Assembly (NCBI GenBank): GCA_964361015.1
Contig: CAYHZE010000001.1
Coordinates: 1-51,845, forward strand
DNA from: an uncultured Candidatus Saccharibacteria bacterium
GTDB taxonomy: Bacteria; Patescibacteriota; Minisyncoccia; Sungbacterales; HO2-52-23
Length of the DNA: 51,845 nucleotides
Reading direction: 5' to 3'
Positions 18,786-27,152 of this stretch are shown here, piece by piece. Numbering within the stretch: position 1 is the first letter of the stretch; the number at the start of each line of letters is the position of its first letter. A program made the position numbers and the translations under genes. The notes below the pieces were generated by a model. The model was not told where the DNA came from. It worked only from the letters and a program-made list of their open reading frames with translations, and made no database searches.

Positions 18786-20021
18786 ATGCAAGGAATGAAA
18801 ACACAAACCAAATGTCGGATGTGCCGCAGTGAAAAGCTGGTGGAGTTTTTGAATTTAGGCATGCAGCCGCTTGCTAATTCTTTTTTGTCAAATACTGCTG
18901 GGGCCGATAATGAGCTGATGTATCCGCTACGCGTGATGTATTGTACCGTATGCAATTTATGCCAACTTGGGGAAGTAGTTGATCCTGAAATTTTATTTCG
19001 CGATTATGTTTATTTTTCTTCCGGCATGCCAAGTTCCCCTCACTATACCGCTTATGCAGCCCAAGTAGTGGCTCGATTTACCACAAGTCCGAAGGATATG
19101 GTAGTGGAAATCGGAAGCAATGACGGCCATTTACTTATGGAAATTCAGAAAAGAGACGTCAACGTATTAGGCGTGGATCCGGCGCGCAACATTGCAATGC
19201 AGGCGTGTATGAGAGGAGTTGAAACTTTGCCGGAATTTTTTTCCGAACAGCTTGCTCGCAAAATCCGTGAACAGCGCGGAGCGGCGCAAGTGATCATTGG
19301 CAACAATGTAGTCGCCCATATTGATGATCACCATGATTTGATGCGCGGGATCAAAACTCTTTTATCTGATGATGGCATATTTGTTTTTGAAGCGCCCTAT
19401 CTCGCGGATATGTTTGAGAATTTGACGTTTGACACGGTGTATCATGAACATTTGTCATATTTTTCCTTGCGTCCATTGCAAAAACTTTTTAAACAATTCG
19501 GCATGGAAATTTTTGACACGCAGGTGTTTCCGGTGCAGGGAAATTCACTGCGCGTATATGCGTGTCACATGGGCACGCGCGCGATTAAACCCGCGGTTGC
19601 GGAATTGGCAGACAAAGAAATTGATTTGGGTTTTGACAGACTCTCCTCGTATCAGAATCTCGCTCAGCGAATCGTGGAATTAAAAAATAGCGTACGCAAA
19701 ACTGTTCTGGCATTCAAACAAGAGGGTAAAAAAATTGCTTGCTATGGCGCGCCGGCAAAAGGAAACACGCTTCTTAATTATTTCGGACTGGGGGCTGATG
19801 TGTTGTTTTTTGCCACGGAAGAGTTGCCATCAAAAATCGGGTTGCTCACGCCCGGCACGCACATTCCTGTTGTGCATATCAATGATGCCCGAAAAAATCC
19901 TCCGGACTATTATTTACTTCTGGCGTGGAATTATAAAGATGTTATTCTGGCGAAAGAAAGAGCATTTCGCGCAAACGGGGGCAAGTTTATCCTACCCATA
20001 GGAGGCGAGCGGATTGTTTAA
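18786..20021 (+). CDS. NDP-hexose C-methyltransferase (TylCIII-like, Zn-ribbon + SAM MTase + C-terminal domain)
   Basis: N-terminal CRMCRSEKL...CTVCNLCQL four-Cys motif, VVEIGSNDGHL SAM motif, 411 aa three-domain layout. Confidence 0.75.
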   Translation: MQGMKTQTKCRMCRSEKLVEFLNLGMQPLANSFLSNTAGADNELMYPLRVMYCTVCNLCQLGEVVDPEILFRDYVYFSSGMPSSPHYTAYAAQVVARFTTSPKDMVVEIGSNDGHLLMEIQKRDVNVLGVDPARNIAMQACMRGVETLPEFFSEQLARKIREQRGAAQVIIGNNVVAHIDDHHDLMRGIKTLLSDDGIFVFEAPYLADMFENLTFDTVYHEHLSYFSLRPLQKLFKQFGMEIFDTQVFPVQGNSLRVYACHMGTRAIKPAVAELADKEIDLGFDRLSSYQNLAQRIVELKNSVRKTVLAFKQEGKKIACYGAPAKGNTLLNYFGLGADVLFFATEELPSKIGLLTPGTHIPVVHINDARKNPPDYYLLLAWNYKDVILAKERAFRANGGKFILPIGGERIV

Positions 20022-20025
20022 CAGA

Positions 20026-20180
20026 GGACTTTTCCGTTTAATTCCTCCCCCTAGCATAGGGGGAGGTAAGGAGGGATATGGGTGAGGCGCATAAACTTTT
20101 TCTTTAGGTTCTTGCCCTCACCTATACCACCCCTAACCCCTCCTCCATAGGAGGGGAATAAGAGTGAAATGCGTAAGTCT
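20026..20180 (+). repeat. Family A palindromic element, copy A3
   Basis: ggacttttccg ... ccctcacctataccacccctaacccctcctccataggagggg ... aaatgcgtaagtct. Confidence 0.9.
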
Positions 20181-20198
20181 TAAATATATAACGTCAAT

Positions 20199-20936
20199 AT
20201 GGCTAGCTCTACTCATGATGCAAAACATAAATGGACGAATTGGCGCAAGGCGAATTTTAATTTTTTTAAAAAACGTCTTGATTGTCTTGATAATCATTTG
20301 ACACTTTTGGATATTGGATCCGGACCGGAACAGTTCAGGGAAATTACGTGGCGGTTTAAGGAAGTGATATCAGTTGATTTTAAACAATACGGCACTACCA
20401 AGATTGTTGCCGATATTACGAAGGGCATACCCATAGAAGATAAAACCGTTGATATTGTTTTCCTCTCAAATGCTCTTGAACATTTGCCGGACGGGCAATT
20501 TATATTGCGTGAGTGTTTTCGCGTATTGCGAGAGAGAGCGGGGGGAGGGCTTATTATCGGGACCGTTCCTTTCATAGCGCCGGAACATCAAGGTCCGTAT
20601 GACTATCATCGGTATACCCACTATATGCTTGAAATTCTTTTGAGAGATGCCGGATTTCAAGATGGGGAGGTCATTGCCATCGGCAAGCCGGTAAAAGTCT
20701 ATATTAATATGATAGATGAGTTTTTTAGACGGCTTAGAGGCCAAAAAGTTTCCGATAACCGCATGGTGCAGTGGATATTTTTTCAAAGCGTAAAACTGAT
20801 TAGGCTGATTAATCTCGCTTTCTTTGCCATTTTTCTCCCTATTTATAATCTTGCGGAAGAAAGGCATAATTTTTGCCAAGGATTTGGATTTATCGGATAT
20901 AAACGCAGTATCCAGGCAACGCAAGAGAGGCGTTAA
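20199..20936 (+). CDS. Class I SAM-dependent methyltransferase
   Basis: LLDIGSGPEQF motif I; VDIVFLSNALEHL. Confidence 0.7.
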   Translation: MASSTHDAKHKWTNWRKANFNFFKKRLDCLDNHLTLLDIGSGPEQFREITWRFKEVISVDFKQYGTTKIVADITKGIPIEDKTVDIVFLSNALEHLPDGQFILRECFRVLRERAGGGLIIGTVPFIAPEHQGPYDYHRYTHYMLEILLRDAGFQDGEVIAIGKPVKVYINMIDEFFRRLRGQKVSDNRMVQWIFFQSVKLIRLINLAFFAIFLPIYNLAEERHNFCQGFGFIGYKRSIQATQERR

Positions 20937-20938
20937 CT

Positions 20939-22744
20939 ATGTTTCTACGCACTATCAACATTCATTGGATGGCATTGATCTTGAGCGCCGCGGTTGGCGG
21001 CATCTATGCAAGCCATCATTTTTTTATTTCCCGCACGCTTGATGCAGGCCAGACATACTATCCCGTGACTCTTGCCGTCGATCCTGATGGTGCTTCATTT
21101 TATGCGCACCGCGCGCATGCCGCATATCTTGGACAATGGATCATCGGTGATATTCATACATCGGAGCACGAAGGAGGACCTGCAATTATGCCTATGTTGA
21201 ATCCGTTAATCCTTGGTTTTATGGGTCGGATTGGCGGTTCAATGAAAAACGGATTTATTGCATCTGATTTTGTGTTTCCGGCAATTATTTTTCTTTTGGT
21301 CTATGCAATCTGTTATGAATTAAGCAGGCGCCGTCTTCCCTCCATGCTTTTGAGCGCACTATTCATTTTTGTTCCCACATTAGGGACTGCGTTTCCTCCT
21401 GTTTCTTTAGTCCATATAAAAAAAATTGTACAGATGTTTCTTCCATTTAGATATGGGGAGTCAACGCTTTTTTTTAGTAATTTTGAAGAACCTAAAATAA
21501 CATTTATATTTTTTGCTTTTGCTGTCTGGTGTATTATGCGCGCTGTCAGTCAGAAAACGCCGTTGCGGACAGCTTGTGCCGGTATGAGCTTGGGTATTTT
21601 ATTTTACACATATCTTTTCGATTGGGTTACGATTCTCGTGGCATTAGTATTGCTTCTCTTCATGTTTGTCTTTTGGTTGAAAGATTATAATGGCGGGAAA
21701 CATATACTGCATATCTTAGTGATCGGATTTGCGGTTTCCATACCGTATTGGATTAATCTTTGGATGCTCTACCATGCGCCGTATGCGGGCGATATTATTG
21801 CGCGCGCCGGACGGGAAATTGGCCATGCATTTCGGATTGCTACGGCATGGAAATCATATATACGCATCGTAGCGTTGACTCTCCTTCTTCATTTTTTTGC
21901 GTTATCAGGAGACGGCATACGAAGACAAAAGCTGGCCATCATCATTGCATTTCTTTTTTCTTACGCCGTGGTTCTGAATGTTCAGGTGGTCACTGGATTC
22001 AATATCCATCCGGATCATTGGTATAGGGTGCAATTCCTTCCGATCATGCTCGCGGTATTTCTTCTCGCCCTGGTATTCTATGATCGCTTTATGCCACATC
22101 GTATGAGAGTTGCAGGAACATGGCTCGCAGGAATTTTCCTTGTTTATTTTTTGGGCGGGCAAATGTATTATCAATATATGATCAGTTCCGATATTGCCTA
22201 CGCGCAGAACTTTACTATCCCGCATGCCCGTCATGAAGCGTATCAATGGCTGACTCAACATACATCAAAAGGGTCGGTTGTTGCCGCGCTGTCATTTGAG
22301 ACGAATCGCGAAGTGCCACTCTATACGCATAATAAAATTTATGTTCCTCATGGTCTTCTTACGTTTGCATCAGATCAAGAGATATGGAATCGTTTTTTCT
22401 TTGTCAATGCGCTTTTTGGCATAACACCTGAAATGTTTCGTGATAGCCTTGAAAAAGGAGATGGCGTGTATTATCTTTTTGAAGAACGATACGGCTCGCA
22501 TGAATTTGATAGTTCATTTCTTGGATATGAAAGAAAGTTTCCAGAAGACATGATAAGGCATTCTACCCAAATGTATACCGAATACATCGCGACGAAACAT
22601 GCTCTAGCGCCTGCATATCGTCTTGACTATATTATGACAGATAGTCGTGACGGAACAGCAGGGAAAAACCTTGAGTTGGCTTTATACCTGAAAAAGGTGT
22701 ATGATATCGGAGGCGTGAAGATTTATACATTACAAGATCAGTAG
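20939..22744 (+). CDS. Polytopic membrane protein, GT-C-like (ArnT/PMT/Gtr-type candidate)
   Basis: 601 aa with at least 10 hydrophobic segments, an acidic DPD motif in the first loop and a soluble C-terminal region of about 170 aa; function inferred from context only. Confidence 0.45.
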   Translation: MFLRTINIHWMALILSAAVGGIYASHHFFISRTLDAGQTYYPVTLAVDPDGASFYAHRAHAAYLGQWIIGDIHTSEHEGGPAIMPMLNPLILGFMGRIGGSMKNGFIASDFVFPAIIFLLVYAICYELSRRRLPSMLLSALFIFVPTLGTAFPPVSLVHIKKIVQMFLPFRYGESTLFFSNFEEPKITFIFFAFAVWCIMRAVSQKTPLRTACAGMSLGILFYTYLFDWVTILVALVLLLFMFVFWLKDYNGGKHILHILVIGFAVSIPYWINLWMLYHAPYAGDIIARAGREIGHAFRIATAWKSYIRIVALTLLLHFFALSGDGIRRQKLAIIIAFLFSYAVVLNVQVVTGFNIHPDHWYRVQFLPIMLAVFLLALVFYDRFMPHRMRVAGTWLAGIFLVYFLGGQMYYQYMISSDIAYAQNFTIPHARHEAYQWLTQHTSKGSVVAALSFETNREVPLYTHNKIYVPHGLLTFASDQEIWNRFFFVNALFGITPEMFRDSLEKGDGVYYLFEERYGSHEFDSSFLGYERKFPEDMIRHSTQMYTEYIATKHALAPAYRLDYIMTDSRDGTAGKNLELALYLKKVYDIGGVKIYTLQDQ

Positions 22745-22757
22745 AGCTCTAGATAGT

Positions 22758-23408
22758 ATGACTATTTCGGAATCAGTTTATGCGGTACAGAAGAAATATG
22801 GCGGCCTCGGCTGGCCGTCGCTTTTTGTAAAACTCAAATTTTTCGCAGCTCCGTTTGTGCAGATTATTCCATTGGTGCCGGAAGAGGGAACGATTATTGA
22901 TCTTGGATGCGGGTATGGCATTCTTTCAAATATGCTGGGGATGCTCTCCCCGAAGCGGCGTGTTTTTGGTATTGATTGCGATGAGTCAAAAATCCGCACG
23001 GCTGATCGCGGGGTGACAAATGTATCATTTTATTGCGCAGATATCACCACAAGCGATATACCCCAGAGTGATTGCATAGTGATTATTCATGTCCTGCATC
23101 ATTTGCCAAGCTACGCGGCTCAAGAGGAGATGCTTCGTGCATGTGTGGGGCGACTGGAACCGGGCGGCAAGCTTATCATCACCGAAGTTGATAAGCTCCC
23201 AAGATGGAAATATGCGTTTTCATGGATTGCAGATCATCTATTATATCCAAAAGATACAATAACATTCCGATCGCAGTCAGATTGGCTTTCATTATTTTCT
23301 TTATTTCCTCTTGACGTTGAGTCAATCCCTATGCATCAGGGGGTTTTATTTCCTCATATCACGTTTGTTGCGAAGAAATCTATATTATTAAGACCTTCTG
23401 CACAATAA
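22758..23408 (+). CDS. Class I SAM-dependent methyltransferase
   Basis: IIDLGCGYGILS motif I. The last 6 codons and the stop codon lie inside repeat B6. Confidence 0.75.
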   Translation: MTISESVYAVQKKYGGLGWPSLFVKLKFFAAPFVQIIPLVPEEGTIIDLGCGYGILSNMLGMLSPKRRVFGIDCDESKIRTADRGVTNVSFYCADITTSDIPQSDCIVIIHVLHHLPSYAAQEEMLRACVGRLEPGGKLIITEVDKLPRWKYAFSWIADHLLYPKDTITFRSQSDWLSLFSLFPLDVESIPMHQGVLFPHITFVAKKSILLRPSAQ

Positions 23409-23552
23409 GCTTTTGAGATGATTTTTTCAAATTTCGAGCGAAAAAGGTGATGAGGGATGAAGGCGTACTGGTTTAAGTACGCCGAATCCCGAAGAACCTT
23501 TTGTAGCCGAAATTTGGAAAAATCAGCCAAAATGTTATTGTGCAAAAGGTCT
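23391..23552 (+). repeat. B/C-superfamily palindromic element, copy B6 (intermediate between B and C)
   Basis: Arms agaccttctgcacaataa / ttattgtgcaaaaggtct; boxes atttcgagcgaaaaa and ttttgtagccgaaatt are shared with B and C. Confidence 0.85.
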
Positions 23553-23560
23553 TTAGACTC

Positions 23561-23938
23561 ATGAAATTATTCCGTCAAATAAAACCCGAATTTATTGATG
23601 ATCGCGGGGGCATTACGCGGATTCTTGATAGTATGGCGCCTATTGTCAGCATTCTTTTTGTGACATCAAAACAAGGATCTATTCGTTCTAATCATTATCA
23701 TAAAAAAGATACGCATTACTGTTATCTCGTATCGGGAAAAATGGAATGGTTTGAAAAGCCCGTTGAGGGAGGGGAAATAGAATCCGCAATACTTGAATCC
23801 GGGGATATGATATTTACGCCGACAATGACAATTCACGCGGTTCGATTTCTCGAGGACTCGGTGTTTCTTACGTTTGCAACCGAGTCGCGCAATCAGGCGG
23901 ATTATGAAGCAGATACGGTGCGCGTTCAATTAATATGA
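23561..23938 (+). CDS. Cupin, WxcM/FdtA-like sugar ketoisomerase candidate
   Basis: FIDDRGGITRIL...SIRSNHYHKKDTHYCYLVSGK. The ORF-track GTG start at 23540 lies inside repeat B6; ATG 23561 is preferred. Confidence 0.55.
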   Translation: MKLFRQIKPEFIDDRGGITRILDSMAPIVSILFVTSKQGSIRSNHYHKKDTHYCYLVSGKMEWFEKPVEGGEIESAILESGDMIFTPTMTIHAVRFLEDSVFLTFATESRNQADYEADTVRVQLI

Positions 23939-24915
23939 CCATGCGTTTTGGCGTAATCGGAATCGGATATTTCGGCAGGCATTATGTGCGGTTACTGCAG
24001 GAAATGGAAGGAGTAGAACTGATTGGCGTTGCCGCGCGTTTCGTTGGAGAAATTCCCGAACTTCCAGGCACAATAAAAAAATACGAATCTGCCGATGCGT
24101 TGATTTGCGATTCAATGATTGATTGCGTGATTATTGCAACGCCTGCGTCAACACATGCGCAGTTTGCCATTGCCGCTCTTCAAAAGGGCAAGCATGTAGT
24201 GATTGAAAAACCAATGGCAGTTTCGGTTGCCGAGGCCGAAGCCATCGCCTATGCGGCACACATAAGCGAACGCGTATGCATGATTGGCCACCAGTATTGC
24301 TACAACGACTATATCCGACAGCTTAAAAAAGAAATTGAACAAAAAACAATCGGCGATATTAAATATATGTTTGTCGAGCATTTGTATCCGGGGCCCGTGC
24401 GGCTTGATATCGGGTGCTTATGGGAAACGGCAACGCACGAACTTGCGATTATTGATTATCTTTTTCCGAACGCGCGCGCAGTGAAAATAATCGGACAGAC
24501 GGTAGATATGACGGGTCACGGGCGCGATGATGCGGCAAGCGCTGCTATTACATTTGATAACGGCGTAGTGGTAAGTATTGTGACTTCATGGTTTGCCCCG
24601 CAAAAAGTGCGGCGCATGATAATGGGCGGCACAAAAGGAATGGCGATTTTTGATGAAAAAGAAACGCATCCGCTTGTGTTGTTCAGACATGCCTATCCGG
24701 AACAAGAATCGCCGGAACTCCATTCATCGCATTTTTTTGAAATTACGGAAAAAGAAATATATATTCCCCATGTTGATGCGCATGAGCCGCTGTATAATCA
24801 GTTATCGCATTTTATAGATTGTATTATTCAGAAAAAAACACCCGTCACCGATGTTCATCATGGACTTCGTGTCACAAGACTTTTGAATGAGATAACCGCG
24901 CGTATGCGCGCTTGA
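23935..24915 (+). CDS. Gfo/Idh/MocA-family NAD(P) oxidoreductase
   Basis: MRFGVIGIGYFGRHY Rossmann N-terminus; EKPMA motif. Confidence 0.8.
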   Translation: MTMRFGVIGIGYFGRHYVRLLQEMEGVELIGVAARFVGEIPELPGTIKKYESADALICDSMIDCVIIATPASTHAQFAIAALQKGKHVVIEKPMAVSVAEAEAIAYAAHISERVCMIGHQYCYNDYIRQLKKEIEQKTIGDIKYMFVEHLYPGPVRLDIGCLWETATHELAIIDYLFPNARAVKIIGQTVDMTGHGRDDAASAAITFDNGVVVSIVTSWFAPQKVRRMIMGGTKGMAIFDEKETHPLVLFRHAYPEQESPELHSSHFFEITEKEIYIPHVDAHEPLYNQLSHFIDCIIQKKTPVTDVHHGLRVTRLLNEITARMRA

Positions 24916-24921
24916 GAAAGA

Positions 24922-25665
24922 ATGGATCTTAGCATTATTATCCCCGCCTATAATGAAGAACATCGTTTGCCCCCGACTCTTGCGCGGGTACTTGATTTTT
25001 TGCACGCCCATTATCAAGGCACATTTGAAATTATCGTGATAGACGATGGAAGCAAAGATGGGACAGAGCAATCTGTCCGTGCATTTGTTATTCAATATCC
25101 TTCCGTGCATCTTATATCATTGGAACGAAATCAGGGAAGAGGGGTTGCGGTACGCCAAGGCGTTGATATGGCAAAGGGAGATTTAATCCTTGAGATGGAC
25201 GCGGATGGCAGTGTGGACATGGAGGCGGCTCAACGATTTGTTGCATATATGGATACGCACCCGGATATTGATATGCTCATTGGTAGCCGCAACATCAAGG
25301 GCGCGCGCATTGCCAAGCACCAACCCTTGTTGCGCGTTATTCTTGGTAATATATTTCTTGCGTTGGCGTGGCTGATGTTTGGATGGGATTTTCGGGATCG
25401 AGTAAATGGATTTAAAATGTTTCGTAAAAAAACGGCACATGATATGTTTGTCCATCAACATGAGACCGGATTTCTTGCAGAAGCGGAGCTTGTCGTTATT
25501 GCGGAACACAGAGGTTGGAAATATGAATTGCTTCCTGTCATATGGACCGATAACCGCGATTCGCGCATACGGCCGTTGAGAGAATCATGGCGTTCATTCT
25601 GGGGCATGTTTGCCATTCTCAAACGCGTAAGGCAAGGCGTATACAATAGACCTGTCCCCTTATAA
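24922..25665 (+). CDS. GT2 polyprenyl-phosphate glycosyltransferase (DPM1/GtrB/Alg5-like)
   Basis: LSIIIPAYNEEHRLPPTL...IIVIDDGSKDGT...EMDADGS. The last 6 codons and the stop codon lie inside repeat B3. Confidence 0.8.
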   Translation: MDLSIIIPAYNEEHRLPPTLARVLDFLHAHYQGTFEIIVIDDGSKDGTEQSVRAFVIQYPSVHLISLERNQGRGVAVRQGVDMAKGDLILEMDADGSVDMEAAQRFVAYMDTHPDIDMLIGSRNIKGARIAKHQPLLRVILGNIFLALAWLMFGWDFRDRVNGFKMFRKKTAHDMFVHQHETGFLAEAELVVIAEHRGWKYELLPVIWTDNRDSRIRPLRESWRSFWGMFAILKRVRQGVYNRPVPL

Positions 25666-25805
25666 TTTTCGTAGCGAAATTTTCAGATTTCGAGCGGGTG
25701 CTAGGAAAAATTTTGAAGCATATACAGCGTATATGTTGAAAAATTTTTACAAAGCCGTAGCCGAAATCTGGAAATTGTAGCAGAAAGGTTATAAGGGGAC
25801 AGGTG
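25648..25805 (+). repeat. Family B palindromic element, copy B3
   Basis: Arms agacctgtccccttataa / ttataaggggacaggtg; the core is nearly identical to B5. Confidence 0.92.
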
Positions 25806-25843
25806 TAATAAAACTTCCTCATCTTTGAAGATGTTCTAGTGAT

Positions 25844-26281
25844 ATGGATACCAATGACCGCGGATCGGCATTTTTATTAAAAAAAGAAGATGTTGACGTA
25901 ATCCGCGCCGCAACGCCAATTGGAGGTAAGAATCTTCTTGAACCGCTTAAATCAATGGCAATCAAGCATAGCTTGCCATTCAAAATTCTTGAAGATCATC
26001 AGATAGTTAATGATGCCGAAGTACATATACATCAAGGCGATCTTTGGTATTGCCTTGAAGGCGAGGTGAAATTTATATATGGCGGCGCGTTGGTGGAGCC
26101 GCGAGTAAAAGTGCGTAAAGACGGGACAGAGGACGCAAGCGAGCAATTTGGTAAAAAAATTTCCGGAGGCACAGAAACAGTATTGAAGCCGGGAGATTGG
26201 TTATGGATCCCCGCAGGTGAACCCCACCAACATTCATGCGCGGGTACGGCACGGTTGATGATTATAAAGGTTCCCGTATGA
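25844..26281 (+). CDS. Cupin-domain protein
   Basis: HIHQGDLWYCLEGEV ... GDWLWIPAGEPHQ two-motif cupin signature. Confidence 0.6.
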   Translation: MDTNDRGSAFLLKKEDVDVIRAATPIGGKNLLEPLKSMAIKHSLPFKILEDHQIVNDAEVHIHQGDLWYCLEGEVKFIYGGALVEPRVKVRKDGTEDASEQFGKKISGGTETVLKPGDWLWIPAGEPHQHSCAGTARLMIIKVPV

Positions 26282-26300
26282 TCCTATGTTATTCATTATT

Positions 26301-26460
26301 AGATCTGACTTTGTAAATATTTTCTACTGCAATTTCCAGATTTCGGCTGCGCCTTTGCAAAAATTATTCAACATATACTCCGTATATGCTTCATAATTTT
26401 TGCTTCGGCTCGCCAGAAATCTGAAAATTTCGCTACGAAAATATTTACAAAGTCAGGTCT
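26301..26460 (-). repeat. Family B palindromic element, copy B4
   Basis: Arms agatctgactttgtaaatattttc / gaaaatatttacaaagtcaggtct; conserved core; TA flanks. Confidence 0.92.
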
Positions 26461-26480
26461 ATTAAGAAAAGGGTCGGATT

Positions 26481-27020
26481 ATGCGATTTATTTCCACACT
26501 TCATTGTGAGACAGCTTGGAATCTTGAAGGGAGATTGCAAGGCCAAATTGACACTGACTTGCATGACATTGGCATTGCGCATGCACACAAAAAAGCTCTC
26601 GCATTTCAGCAGGGCCAATGGCGCATCGCAAGGATCATAAGTTCTGATTTGAAGCGGACGATTCAAACCGCGCACATTATCAATACCTATCTTAATGTGC
26701 CGCACGAAATGGATGTCCGGTTACGCGAGTGTTGTTATGGATCGTTGCAAGGATTATATAAATCTGAACTTACCGCCAAATATCCGAAGTGGAATGATTC
26801 ATTTTTATCCTATGATTACCGTAGTGTTGGCGGCGAATGCCGTGAAGACGTCATTAAGCGTCAGCATGAAGCTTTGATTGATCTTCAACATATATATCAC
26901 TCCGAGGATATTCTTATCGTAGGGCATGGGACAAGCATGAATACGCTTTTTTCCGCATTGGGTATGCCGAATTTACCGATACGCCGCGATGAGATCAGAG
27001 TGTTGACGTATGAGAAATAA
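26481..27020 (+). CDS. Histidine phosphatase superfamily (PGAM-like) protein with a variant catalytic motif
   Basis: LHCETAWNLEGRLQG occupies the place of RHGETxWN; later GHGTSMN. Confidence 0.65.
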   Translation: MRFISTLHCETAWNLEGRLQGQIDTDLHDIGIAHAHKKALAFQQGQWRIARIISSDLKRTIQTAHIINTYLNVPHEMDVRLRECCYGSLQGLYKSELTAKYPKWNDSFLSYDYRSVGGECREDVIKRQHEALIDLQHIYHSEDILIVGHGTSMNTLFSALGMPNLPIRRDEIRVLTYEK

Positions 27021-27100
27021 TTTATTTTGAATTGCCTACAATTTACCCACGATCGTGTATATTTTGTAGGCAATCTTTTATTTTTAATTTGTTATAAAAA

Positions 27101-27147
27101 ATCGCCTTAATAAAAAAAATGTTTGTGCATTTTTTTATTAAGGCGAT
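27101..27147. terminator. Long AT-rich hairpin between convergent genes
   Basis: atcgccttaataaaaaaa...atttttttattaaggcgat, stem of about 19 bp; lies between 26481..27020 (+) and 27153..28388 (-). Confidence 0.6.
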
Positions 27148-27152
27148 GCATG

